A stretch of DNA of 64,000 nucleotides from the NCBI GenBank assembly GCA_904063045.1, contig CAJFCJ010000003.1, positions 3,148,504 through 3,212,503 on the forward strand, in the 5' to 3' direction. A program made the translations under genes and the position numbers. Below the pieces are notes generated by a model. That model was not told the origin of the DNA, ran no database searches, and saw only the letters and a list, made by a program, of their open reading frames with translations. This stretch comes from Dimorphilus gyrociliatus. Its lineage: Eukaryota; Animalia; Annelida. Shown in pieces: positions 1 through 14,266 of the stretch (the first letter of the stretch is position 1; every line of letters begins with the position of its first letter).

Positions 1-3000
1 TGTCAATTTATACCGTATCATAGACATAATAAATTATTAATAATATATAGGCCTACAAAAAAAAGAAACAGCAAAACTATATAATAAAAAAAATGACAGT
101 TCAACTGAATAAATAAATGACGTCACTTGACCGTGATTTATATTTATTTAGTTTGTTGGAAATTACAAGGTAGACGATACTGTAGATAGTGGTAGATAAA
201 AATAGAATTAAATAAAACGTTATTCTGAATATTCAATACCTTAAGAGATGTTAAGTGCATAGTCTCTACTGTAGTATATAATCATAAACTTATAAATTGA
301 GTTAATAGAATAATATTAATTGTATTTGTGTATATAAGATGCCATGTAATATGAAATTCAGGTTATGCTTATTTTTCATCTACGCATTCTGTTTTATTTA
401 TTAAAATATATATGGAAGGAAAACACTATTATTAATAATTTGTGTACCTGAGTTGGGGTAACTGCAATAGGAAATATATAGCGAATATAGGGGGGAAAAA
501 GTTGTTCTCTCACTGTTTTATTAAGATAGTGTACTTCCTGTTAATATTACCTTTAATGCACGTATACTTATTACTTCTCTTTTACTTTCTTCCTGTCTTT
601 CCCTCTCTCATACTTTCTTTCTTTATATAAAGATATAGTGTACTGCGGAGCGATATTTCTTTCTCTTTTTCATCCATTTCCTCAGCTACCTTATGCCTCT
701 CTCTCTTTCTCTCTTTTCTCTTTTCTGGATACATATAAGGATAGCGTGTAACCGATTTTAAAACTAATTTCTCTAAATATCATTTGTAATATATATATAA
801 CATAACTTGATTGAACTAATTTATTTTACTAAGTTGGAAATATGGTTAATTAATTATGTAAATTGACTTTGATCTAGATGGATAAGAAAAATCTCCTACC
901 AAGGCCTAGTAAATAGTGAGACGAGTATTTTAGCTAATATCCAGTCTCATCCTCCCTTTATAACATCTCACATCCTTAAAAATATAAAACATATGTGAGA
1001 AATAGTTTCGAATGATAGAAAGAAAAGAGAAATAGACCAAACTATATTTCTAAACATCAAGTAATTAGTCATTTCATTTGGACGTCAATATCTTTCTAAG
1101 ACCTGAAAATAACTCATCGTTCTTATTAAATTCTATAAATAGTATACAATTTCAGCATATATTCTATTAGGCACGTGTAGTAGAGAATAGAAGTATATTT
1201 ATTACCAAAGAGAAAATTTTGAAATTTTTCTTATCAATTAATTTAAAAGATGGCAAAGAATATTGCATGGAAGAAGAGCAACAACAAAAGAAAGATAGAT
1301 AGATGAATGTAAAGAAAAAAAATTCTCTCTGTAGCCAAACATAAAAAGTAATACTAACTTAATTCATTCTGTTAATTCCTCATGGGGAGAAAAAAGTAGG
1401 TAATTACGATACTATACTAACTACAATTAAGATTGACCCAAATATCGCTATTTCTTATGCTGTTATAGCATCTTTTCAGTATATTTGTGCTTATATCAAT
1501 TTTTAATAGATATATAGGGAATGTAAGCTTATAATAGAAGAAGAATTATAAAATCACTAACATAAATTTTTTTCGTCTTTTTCTTTTTGTCATTTAAATT
1601 AAGCTTTATATTTTGTTACTGTCAGGTTGTCAAAATTAATTTTTTCGTATAGTCCCTTTTTCTCTAATGATGAAAATAAAAACCTTGATAGTTGGCTAGA
1701 GGAGAAGAGACAAGAAACACGTTCGAGAATGATGTACATGTGATGACAAAAATAAGCTAGCTTACACGTTTAAACAGGCTCTGCCTTATTCAAACGGAAT
1801 ATATCTTATAAAGTACATAATAAAATATTTATTCACTATAGCACGGCAGCTCGTTCAGTGATGTAGATGATTATTTTTGAATACTGGTTAAAAATATAAA
1901 AAGCCATAATGACTATTATGACCTTCTATGAAGATGATGATGTTCACGGGATATTTTTATATTAATAACTTAAAAGACACCATAAGCAAAAACAACTTCA
2001 ATAAAATCTAGATAGAAATAAAATTGTACGTACAGACGTTGTCTATCGATGAATATCGTAAACTGCTGCATCCAATACGATTAAACGCCGCAAGGTACAC
2101 AATTTGCATTTGCCAGTGTTTGACCCTAAAGAGGAGATGGAAATTGAATCCGGCGTTTCCATTCTGCAGTTATATGCCAAACAAAACAATTTTTTTTACC
2201 AAATGTTTTTATACCATTAATATAAAAAAAAAGCCATTCACTATAATTTATTATAATAGAAGGAAACAAAAAGCCAGTCTTCCCACTCTAAACTTTGATT
2301 TCTTTAGAGCTTTTTCTCTCATTATAAATTAATTAATTTTATCTTTTTAATATTTGTAGAGAATGCTTAATTACTGGAGAATTTTGTAAGAAATACAAAG
2401 AAAATACTTTTATTATGCATAAATAGTAATAAATCGTGCTTAATTAAATATAAGATTTGTAAGCATGCTACAAAATACCGTTTAATATATTAGATTTGGA
2501 ACTTATTGTAGTATATACAGTATAATATTATACATATACTCCCATCTGCTTATATACTTTATTAGAGCTGTAGCAAAAGAGCTGAAGTTCATAAACATAA
2601 AGGTTAAAAATACTTCAATGTCTTATTCTTTTTCTCACATGATAATTTAATAATTACTATTTAGAATGTCAAGTTAGTTTGATACATCAACTGATATATT
2701 GATATAAAGTTTAATAAGTTCTATGTTGGTATTAAGTGTATTTTATACTTGTGCCGTACATTTCAACTATGTTCTTCAATCTTAAATCGTAAAGCTTAAT
2801 AAGGCAATTTAATGTTTATTTTACATATTTTCATTAAGAAAAGTGTACATAAATAGATAATGACCCAATTTTTAAGTAGGGCGTTGTTTTTTTATCTTTC
2901 ATCTCTGGTCATATTTCAGAACGGGGTGAAAATCTTAAAAGGTCTTCTCGCGTTTAAAAAGGTTTCATTTTTATTTTACATTATTTTTTTCTTTTAACTG

Positions 3001-3899
3001 AAGCTAATTTGCATAAAAAATTTTTTATTAAAAAAAAACACTATCTCCTAGAAACCTAGGAAATTATTATTTTCCCCCAAAAAGATGAGTTGGTCAAAAT
3101 GGAAAATAATAATCATGTAGAAAGAAAATAGATTCCCTTTAAAATGATCTTCATGATTAAAATTTATAAAAAGAGAGTTAGATTTCTTTAAAAAAAAAAA
3201 CTTTCTAACCTTTCTGAATTGGTCTTTAATGATTATTCTAGACATGATAATATTACAGAAAAGACATAATTAAGAAAGGTACATCAAACCATCTTTTTAC
3301 CCTTTTAAGCTTAGAGCTAATAGTTGTGGCAAAGTGTAGTTTCAGACCGAATATTTTTGTCATTTACGTCTATAATATAAATGTATTTTACATTATGCAG
3401 TTTGTATACATACGTATAAATAAATGTATATATATATATATTAATATACAGGTTAGAATAAGTTTCATTTCAGATTGAAATATAAATCTGACTATGTCAT
3501 CAATTAAATACAAAAAATAGAGTAACATGAAACTGCTCTCTAATTCTAGTCACGCTTCATAGAGCAGACCGTTAAGCATAAATTAAATTTGTATAGTATA
3601 AATGACCGTATATATTAATACTAATAGATATGCAGCATGCCGTATGAAATATATGGTCTAGCAAGAATTTTTATAAACATGACACGATGCTTTTTAATTA
3701 TAAATAAAAATACAGTTTGCATACATATTTGGTTTTATAGTGAATAATATATTTATTTATTTATTGTAAAAATTATGAGTACATTGTATGTTTGTACAAA
3801 CTAAATTATGCATTTAAACCTTGCTTTTGAGCGGAAAATTTTAGTGATTTCAGAATTTTTCTTTTTCAATTTGTAATATTACTTTTTCTTTATTTCCAG

Positions 3900-6800
3900 A
3901 TTCCTTCATCCTGATTCCTGTAAGTCCTCTTTGAGAAGGACCAGAAGTGCGCATGAAAAACGTCGAAAGAGGAAAACGGAAGAAAACTCTCCGCCTGTTA
4001 GATGCGCCAGTCTCAGAGCCTCAGGGAAATTATGGTCCAGTATAAAAAATGTCCTTGATAGTTTAGATGTTGATTGTTCTGCTAGAGCACCAGATTACAA
4101 GTGTCCTTCAGCTCCCCATAGCCGATCCTCCTCTGTCAAACGTTCCCGTCGTAAATCTCTACGTAGGAGTCAAGTATCTCAAAGTGTTTCATCCTACGAT
4201 TACGATAACGATTCTGATTTTGAAAGGGTCCGAAATCTTCAGATAACATCTAAAGGTTATTTTTTTATTTCGGATTAGATCGCATTAATTGTATTCAAAA
4301 TGACCTCAATGTTACAAACCCAACATATATACAACTCGCGTGAACGTCTATTACCTACAGATAGTTGTATTTTTTGTAAATAATGAAAAAAAATTAAGCT
4401 ATCTCTTATTAAAGCCATACAACACAAAAAAAAGATAAAACAACATCCCTCCTCCCTCTCCTTCTCTGCTAAATAAAAAATAGTTACTTGTTATAAGCAC
4501 TTTTATATCTTCATCGTAAAGAGGACTATCTATATTATTCTCTTTGTAAAGTATTAGTTTTATATATAAATTGAAAAAGGTTAACTTAGGAGGAAAAACA
4601 TAGCATTTTTAAATATAAAATTAGCGAAATCAATCATAGTTTTGATAGAAACGCAAAAAATATAAAAAAAGGAATATATTTATAGATTAAAATAAAGAAT
4701 TATAATCAATTGAAAGGGGAAGATACTATGATTTAATTCTCTAGCAGCTTTTCTTCAACTGCTCTCTTTAAACCCAGACATGCTTTGGTTAATGAAAAAT
4801 TTTTATTTTACTACACAGTATATAAAGTATATATATATTGTATATATATAAATTTATATATATATATACTATATAAAAGGAAAGAGTTGGATTATTGGAG
4901 TAAAATTAACCGTAAACTTTGTTAGGTAACGCCTTAAGATAGGACTTAGGGAAGATTTTCGAAATTTTCCTTTTTTTTGTAGAATCTTACTATAAATAGA
5001 AAAATATAGGATGCGGAAAAGGATATAGATGTTAAACAATGCTAAAAAGGCTAAAGGCGAAACCTATAACTGCAAATTTGCCCTTCAACCCTTAAGATCT
5101 CATCACAGTACGTTTGTGCTAAAGCACGAGTAATGACTTTATAGATGCGACTCTCTGTTCATAAAATGACGTCAGATAGTAGGATCTGTGTTCGGATGCT
5201 GCGAAAGAAAATATGTTTAGTATTATATTTCTTCTAGATATGTCATATAAGACTTTCTAGGGCAGAAATTTCTTGACTAAATATATACTTTCTACACGTC
5301 TAGAACTTTTCCATCATCGTTCTTTTTTAATACTCTGTGATTTAAACACAGAAATGTTAATCTATGGATTTTTTATAACAGTAAAAAATAGGATTTTCTA
5401 TCAGTTTTAATCTTTATAATAATTTTTTTTAAAAAAAAAAAGATTAAGAAAAAAATAATTTTTCAATGTTTCTCTTCGTTTAACAAAGAAAGAAAGGAAA
5501 AAGATTAATAATTTGAATATTGAATGTTTTTCTACCAGTCTTGTCTTTCTTACAAAAAGTCTTTATTATTGGTAGCTTTTAATTTTTAAATATTAAATCA
5601 TATTTTGTTAAAAAAAAGGCAAATACTCGAGAAAAACTCTGATTATTATTCCAATTATTTTGTCATTTTCATCCCTCAAGCATCTTATAATTATCCCTAC
5701 ACTATTCTATTACTGCACGCGGCAATAGAATAGTGCTAATTTTTCTTAATGAATCATATAAAACCACATGTAGTTTCCGAACCAAATTCTAAAATTATAA
5801 ACATGCTTTAACAATTAAGAGATTAATTTGTTTTACTAAGCAAAATCTTTAGAAAAAGAAATACTATTAGGAAAATACCTTAGAGGTTGCTTTATATATT
5901 GATTTTTAACTTTATTTTTCTAGGTATTGTTAATCGAGGAGATTCATTCCGATCAAGTTTTGGGGCCAGTGCTGAGGATTTGGAAACGTTCAATAATACG
6001 TCCTGCAAAGTAGCACTAACAGGTTCATCAAATGTTGGCAAAACAACTTTGGCTCAACAATTTAAAACTAGCGAATGTATTGTTAATACAACGTATTGCG
6101 GTAGTCTCTCAGGTTAAATAACAGTCCCATATATCGCTCCTTTTTCCCCATCTATATTTATCGTTAATCTCAAATAGAAAGTAAATTAAACAGTCAATTA
6201 TTTTCCTCTTTTAGGAAAAGGCATAAATTTCACTCTATCTTTACTTTCGTTTTAAAGTACAATGGTTGTACTTTGATTGCATCAATTTGACAAATATTTA
6301 TGTTGGTTTAAGCTACCATGGAAAATTTTTATTACCATTCAAAAATTGTTTAGTTTACTTTTCCTTCCATTAAAAGATTTTTTTCATTTTTTTTTCACTT
6401 CTATTCGAAAAAAAAGGCATCTTTTTTTACTTTTAGGATAAATATTCTACTAATATTTACAGCTTTAAATCGTTATATATGATTTAATAATATCTATATA
6501 GTTGTCTCTTACGCTTTTCCCCAAGTCCTTCCTCTATCTATTTCTATTTCTGTCTCTCTTTATCTGTTGTTATATTATTATGTCTTATTCTTAGTTTTGT
6601 CTTTTGTCATCCTTTCAATAGTATAGTATAGCCGTAATAACAATGCATTATTATTTCCTCCAGAAGCACTGTATTATACCGTAACACTTTTACCCATCTA
6701 TTTTAAAATATATACATGACATGTTTGTTTTGTTTTTTATATATAGACGAGGACCCGATTACGACAGTTGCCGTTTCGTTGAACGACGTTGAAACTACAC

Positions 6801-7860
6801 TCGACGTTATCGATTTGGTTAGCGGGCAGGTGAGTTGAGGATACTTTATATCATTATTAATCTAGGATTATATTAGTCCGATTCCCGATGAAATAAGGAT
6901 AAACCAAGAAAAAATTACCTTTTACAAGTTATTAATCATATGTATCAGTAAAATTATTCTGCCATATTTAAATTCCATTTCAACCTTTTTTATATACTAA
7001 ATGAAGAGCATCTTTATACAGTATGTATATATAGAATTAACAATACTGATACATATCACATACAGTGCTTTAAAATAGAAGTTAGTTGCTTATAAAATAG
7101 CTACAGGCGAGTTTGTTTTAAGAAACTAAATGATATATATATATATTTAAATATTTCGTTTAGTTTAATACAATTGATGGTTAGTATAGGAATTATTTGT
7201 TGAATAATAGAAAATATGATCAATGCTCTTATTGGTTTGTAAATTATTTAGATACGTTAAAAAATATAAGAATAATTCTGGGTTTGTTTTATAAAAACGA
7301 TCTTCAATTTCCCTATCAATATTTTTTCTTTATAATAAGCTTTTATAATAATGCTCCTTATTCGATAAAACAACAACTAAACCTTTAGTTCTTTTATTCT
7401 TTATATCTTTTTCTTCTTTGTCTTTTCTAAATTACAAAAATTATCGCGGTAATCATGCAAAAGATTGGTAGGATTATTTCATTATATATAACTCTGTATA
7501 TCACAAATAACACATCTATATGCTTGTAATTACGTAAAGGAATGAAATACAAAAGACATATGCAGTAGTATTCACAATATAAAACAGATATATTGTATTT
7601 TTCTATAGTTTTCTATAGTTAAATGAATTGTCTTAAAAATTGAACCGATCTTAAGAAATCAAGTAAAAACAGCGTCTTTGTTTAAGTTTATTCCAATAGT
7701 TTTCGATTTTTCAAAGAATTGAAAGGAAATAAAGAAATATAAAAGAGATCTTGTTTTCTTTAAAAAAGATTAATTTTCTCAATTGCTTTAGGAAATAATC
7801 AATAGGGAGGGATATAATTCAAGGAAAAAGTATTAAAGATTGGTGAAAGGGAACAAGAAA

Positions 7861-7905
<45 letters not shown>

Positions 7906-10900
7906 CGAGACAGACAGACAGACAGACAGACAGATAGAGAAACAGAGAGAGAGAGATAGAGATAAAGGAAGGGACAGAAAAAACGTCATAAACTCATAAG
8001 ACGTACAGCATGTGAGGATTTTCCGTTTGATTGTCTTTTTATATCACCAATAAATAATAATGTAGATGATTTCTTTCAAAAGCGTATAACTATATTTAAT
8101 ATTTATAGAAAAAGATGATTTGTCCCTTCATAATAAAGTAACAAATTTATTAAAAGGTAATTTTATACTACTTCCGATCCAACTATGCTTTTTTCACTAG
8201 AAAACAAGAGGAGAGTTTTTACAGTTTTCTTATTATTTTTCTCTTCTCTCCCCTTTCTTTTTTTAAAGCAAGATTTCATAAAGAATAATTTTACTATATA
8301 AACAATGTGTATATGTGTACTTTCGTTATTTTTAGATAGAAATAATAGATAGGTAGTTCAATTGAATCATGTATTTTTGCTTTCAGTGTTACTTCAGTTA
8401 AATTTCTATATTATAACTATAGATAAATTGGATATGGCGTTTTTTTTCAAAATATTCATGCAGAATTAAAAGCGGAGGATAAATAGTTAATGAATAAGGC
8501 ATGTTTTCTTTGCTCATGTTAAGCTCTCTCTTCCTCGAGCTTTCTCTCCCTTTTTCCCTCTCTTGTGTTATCTTCTTTCAGCAATAAATAAACGACCTAA
8601 CAGAATCTTAGTAGAATAAAAATTATGAAAAAAGGTTAGTAGGCTTTTTTGATATTTATAAACTCCAACAGGAACTTAAAATGATTAGTTAAACGGGTGA
8701 ATGGATAAAAACTCTCTCTAGTATTTATCCAAATAGCTAAAAAAAATTAGGACGGTGTTACTAAATTAAATTAAGTTTTATTGATGTTCCTTTTCCTTAA
8801 CCACCGGGAAATTGATTCTGTTTTCAACAAGAAGATTACACACATATATATATATTTTTGGCTTTGCTCTTTTTTCATCGCTTTCGATAAGAATCTTTGC
8901 TTAAAATATTTACTAAAAAGAAGAGAACATGTTTGAAATAAACTGCAGAATGTAATTTAAATTAAGTATTCACCGACTACAAGTTTATAATAAATAATTA
9001 ATCAGCTTTTAATATCTATTTGGGATATTTTAAGGTAATTATCGGTAGTGATGCGGAAAACGAGGCCTATTTAACATTCTATAAGCCTATTTAAAGAGTG
9101 GTAAAGCTAGTAAAAGAAAGATTATGCGTAAAATGCTTGCGATATTTCCTATTATCGAATTTTTTTGTTTAAAATCAATAAAGTTTTCTACTATTTAAAA
9201 AAGATATCTAATTATCATTTTATATAATAAAAAGAGAAAATCCTTATTAGTTACTATTTTTTTATATGACATATTTTCTTTATTCTCTTTATCAAACGAT
9301 ATATCTATCCATCTTTTTTCTATTGTTCATTTATCATTAGTATATTTAGAAGCTTATTAAAAGGCTTGATTTAACGTTAGTCTAAGAGTCTAGCGTACAA
9401 TGAGTTAGTTAAGAAAAAGTAGGTATCTAATTCAACCGTTAACAATTAGTGTTCTTTGACAATTTTTTCTCTCTATGGGTTTGTTTGTTAAGAACATTTG
9501 TAAGTATAAAATCTATGAGAAAAATTATCAAGCTATATTAATTAGGACAAATAAATTAAAATTACGAATAATATTTAAATATTACTAAAATATATTCTTC
9601 TATTCTTCTATTTGGCTTATATTTACATCAATATATAAATATTATCTATTATTAAAAAAAATTCACTCTAACAGCGAAAAAACATGTATTATAATGTTGT
9701 CGATGCTAATAATCCTATTATTTATAAATGACTAATTAAACAAAGCTCAGTACCTGACTGTATATGAGTATTCTTATATTATATATATATTTTCAATTCC
9801 TATTGTTAAGCTGAAAATTTCAGCCCCTTAATAAGACTAGTCAGCTTGCTTATGTTATTTTCTCTTAGTGGATAAACAATAAACAAAACTTCGTAAGCGG
9901 ATAGAAAAGAAAAGCGAAGAGAAAATGTTAATAAATAGATAGATTAATGTTTCTTATTAACTCGTTCTAGTATTTAAGTAATTAAGATTGACTAGACTAT
10001 CATTTATTTGTATTTAAACGTAAAATGTATTTTAATAAGATAAATTGAAGAGCTTTTAATTTAAATAAATTAACTAGATACTGAAGAATAGTTTAGTTAT
10101 TTTCTTCTCCTATCCCCAATTATTCGAACTATAATCTGAGAAAGTTATAAAAATTCTTGCTAATTTATTAGATTTACTTTCAAGGTGGCAGTCTTGACAA
10201 GGAGATATAAGGAATAGTTAATTAAAAACAAAAGAATAGTGATTAATAAGCTTAAAGAAGACAGACAATAAAAATTTTAGGGCTTTTTTATCATACTAAA
10301 TAAGGTTAAATCGTTGTCAATTAATCTGTTAGGAAAACACACGTATATGCAGATATACGACACATAGGAAATTACTTTCCGTGACTCACATATGCTATAT
10401 AGCATAGACGAGTCGCGACAAACCTTATCGAACGATTAGCATTGATTAAGCATCCACTTGGCCTGTTTTTACTCTATGCAGAAAAGCCTGTGAGAAGAAG
10501 ATTTAAAAAATATTAACTAAAAGAACATTATTCTTAAACTGATCCTATTATTTCTGGGAAAAAGGCACATTTCTTAGGTGGGTAAGAGGTCATTGTATAA
10601 CCGTTCTTTATTCTCTTGGAATATATCACAGTAAGTATTGATTAATCATCCACTCAACCCCGTTTTTTTAGTCTTCTTCAGGAAGCATCTCGCGATTTAT
10701 TCCTCTATTCAGTCATTGACCCTCTTCCTGTTTAACGAATAAAACAATTGATTATTAATAATATTATATTCATTTTTTTGTGAATAGGAATGCGTAGGCC
10801 TTCTTTAAAGGAGCAAAAGAAATAATATCCGATTAAAAATACCTCATTAGTTATGCTTTTGAAGTAATTATATTTTATTAGCCCGATAAGCAATTAATAA

Positions 10901-13900
10901 CAAATTGTTACATTGGTCTCTATCTAATCATTCTGTTTACCCTTCATTAAATGATAAAAAAGATAAAATGAAGCTTAGAAATTTAAATTAAAATCTTTGT
11001 AGGCTAGACCTTTGAAGGTAGAGATTCGTTAAATGGTATGCATTAATTCTAAAAGATTTCCCCTTTTCCCCTCTTCCCCCCTCCTCTCTCCCCCCTCTCT
11101 CTCTCTTTCTCTCTCTATGTCTCTCTTCTTCTCGAAAGCCTTATAGATTAAGTATAAAAGACGAAAATCGCCTAAAGCCCAGATCATTCTCTTTGTGTCT
11201 TGCAAAGGAGATCGTCTTTCGCTTATTAGAAAGCCGTCTTCACATTGCTTACTAATTACTATTAAGAGTAGTATACGTTGTTTAAAAACTAAATAAATAC
11301 TATATTAGCTTTTATATTGATGTAAATGTTATTCTGCTCCTCTCAGGAAGCAAATAACAAACAAGTTGCCCAGGTAACTATTTTGTATTCAGACAGATTA
11401 GGAAAGCAAAAAACTAATGACTTTTATCGATACAAAATTCGCATTCCTATTTTACTAAGGAATCTCAATCTTCTTATTTAGATACTGAATATTTGTTTGC
11501 CTTTTTTATATTATTTAAAAGGATTCTCTTTTCTGTCCAATTTAAGGAACCTTCAGAAGATTTAGACGCATACGTGGTCGTCTACTCGGTAACAGATCGT
11601 TTTTCTTTCGAGCAAGCTTTGGATTTACTATATAAAGTTCGCAAACAACGACGATCCGATTCTCCTCTCATACTTGTCGCCAATAAAGTGGACTTGGTTA
11701 GAGCACGGCAGGTGGCGTCACAAGGTAAGTTAATTCGATCAAATTATAATGCATCAAAGTATCATAAGATCGTAAATCAGTTTTATAACTTAAAACCTTA
11801 AAGCTTTCAATGGTAAATCCATTCTTGAGGTTAGAGAGTGGCAAAAAGTAGGTCTTTTAAAGCGTTTTTAAATGTAAAAAATTTTAATTTAATATCCAAA
11901 GCAAAATGATACTCGCATTAACTATAAATCCTTTTAAGAGAGTTAAGAAAAGGGAAGAGACTTTTCGAAGAAGGATAAAAGTAATAGTAACACTTACGAT
12001 TTATAAAGATTAAAATTACATCTTAAACAGATTTCTTAAGTAATCATTTAATCGGATTTATTTACTAATAAACTAAATCAATTTCTCTTTTATATCTCTC
12101 TAAAGAAAACGTACATACGGTAGTACTATTTTTCATTTCCTTCATTTCTTCTTTCTCTCTTTACAAATAAATACAGTATGAATTTATATACTGTATATAC
12201 AGTATATTAATATTATATAGCACAAACACTATTTACAGTAGTGTTATATATTTCTCTTTCCCCCCTCTCTCTCTCTCGTTCTCTGTTTATGCTTAACAAG
12301 AAAAAAGTTCCTACTGCTCGGTGTGAAAAATCCATAATGCAAAGGATGAATCACATCTCGACACGGATCATTGTAAAGAAGATTCAAAAATTATCGTAAC
12401 GGCCATTAAAGACGTTATTGTCAGAAGCATGTGACATTGCCAACTTATTAAAGCGTGTGTAGGAACATTTTCCAAGATAATTATAATTTCTTTTGGTAGG
12501 AAGACACTTGCCAAAATGAAATTATTCTTATTAGAAAATTAATTTTCTAAATAAGTTTACTACTTACTAATAGGAAGTTAAAATGATAAAATGAGGCGAT
12601 ACTGTAGAAAAAAGTTACAAATAACCTTGTTAAAATGAAATTTAATTTAACAAAAAAGAATCTTCTAAACATCTCATTTACAAATTTCAAAAATTAAATA
12701 AAGAAAGTTTAAATTGAAAAAAATTCAATAATAACGGAACTTGAATAAAATTATTCAATTAATGGACTCTGACCTATAAGAGCTGGAATAAGGAAATTAG
12801 ATTGATCCAGATTTTTAAAGTTCCATTATTTACGACTTGAACTAGTTCAATATTTTTAATGATGACGATAATTGTACTTATTGCCTCATTTTTTAGCTAT
12901 ACTTTTTATTTCCTAAAGTATTTTCTTAAGAGTACAAAGTCTTTGGCAATCTTTCGATTTTGGCACAAAAAAATTTATTTTGGATGCATACATTGTAGCT
13001 TTTAAAGCTAGGAAATTCGAGTAGAGAAACATATTATATTTAATGACGTCGAACCGAATGTCAGAATATCAACAGAATCGCTGATAACTCATAAAAATTT
13101 AGTAGGTGACTGAAATATAAGAGCTCAGTAAGTAAAGAGAAGAGAGAGAGAGTAGTATATCAAAAAAGAAAAAGAATTCATAAAAACGTCTTCTATGGTT
13201 AAATTGGTAATAATATATATTTCTCACGAAGAATCTTTGTATAAGGTCAAATATCTTCATAAAAATTAATTTACTGTTATGTTGTTATACACAAAAGGTC
13301 AGTGCTTCCTATTTCTATATAAATTCCTCAGGAAAATGATGGCTTCATTTTACTGTAGTTGGAAATAAGAGACATTTTATAAGGACACAAATACACTATT
13401 TAAAAATTTCATCATTTTCTATTAGAAATGTACTAGTAGTAACGTTTTGCATATTGGAAAATAAATTTTACCTTTAAGGTTAACATTAACAACATCAATT
13501 GATTCGAATAGATATATCTTCCTTGTTCCACTTATATGAAATTTCAATATTTGAACTATTTTTTAATGGCATACTAGAACAAAAGAAATCAATTTAAAAT
13601 TTTTAGCTGGAGCTACGATAGTCTTATTAAATTATTTTAAAGTGTAAATATAACTTAATAAACATCTTTTCCCTTTTTTTAACATTTCCAACATTTAAGT
13701 TTTTTATCAATTCACTTTCATGTTTTGTATTTATATGAAAAAATTATTTAAAAGTAAAAACCAATTGAAAATTAGTGGATTGAAAGCTCGAGAGATATTC
13801 AATATTCTTAGAACGAAAATCGCTAGCTCAAAGTGAACTTGATATCCTACACCCTTAAGCCACTAACCTTCGATTAGATATGTAACTAAGATTAAAAATT

Positions 13901-14266
13901 CCCAGGTTGCAACTCCATCTATCTTATAAAATATGTGGAAATACGTATAAAATACAGGATTGTACATTAGGAGTAGATCTTTTTTCTTTAGTTTTGATGC
14001 GTGATTTACAAAACAGATGGCGTTGCATTTATACTTTTCTATGTGTTTCAGAGGGAAAAAACGCAGCTGCTATGTATGAATGCAAGTATATTGAAGTGTC
14101 AGCCTTAATCAATGTCAGAGTTGATGAACTACTAGCTGGTATAGTTGAACAGATCCGGTTAAGCGACGCTCCTGACGATGTTAGACCAAAATCTCCACGG
14201 AATTTACTCGGGAAGCTATTGAAAAGGCAAGCGTCTATTTCGTGTGACAATCTCTTTGTTCCCTAA
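3900..14266 (+). CDS. RGK-family (Rad/Gem/Kir/Rem-like) small GTPase, multi-exon, 5' coding exon not identified
   Basis: Exons 3900-4255, 5924-6112, 6747-6829, 11347-11373 (microexon), 11547-11724 and 14052-14266 all have AG/GT ends and compatible phases (1,1,0,0,1). The joined protein has the RGK-type N-terminal RVRNLQITSKGIVNRGDSFR, G1 GSSNVGKT, DAYVVVYSVTDR, G4 NKVD, G5 EVSA and a C7-like terminus SCDNLFVP*. There is no in-frame Met before the last exon, so an upstream coding exon is required. Confidence 0.9.
7864..7962. repeat. Compound microsatellite (GT)n-(GA)n-(GACA)n in RGK intron
   Basis: Directly visible tandem units at 7864-7962. Confidence 0.95.
11347..11373 (+). CDS. 27-nt phase 0-0 microexon of the RGK gene (EANNKQVAQ)
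   Basis: Sequence reads ttattctgctcctctcag|GAAGCAAATAACAAACAAGTTGCCCAG|gtaact, with a pyrimidine-rich acceptor, a good donor and no stop. Inclusion restores the spacing between the G3 Asp and the DAY motif to roughly that of other RGK proteins. Not in the ORF track. Confidence 0.7.
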
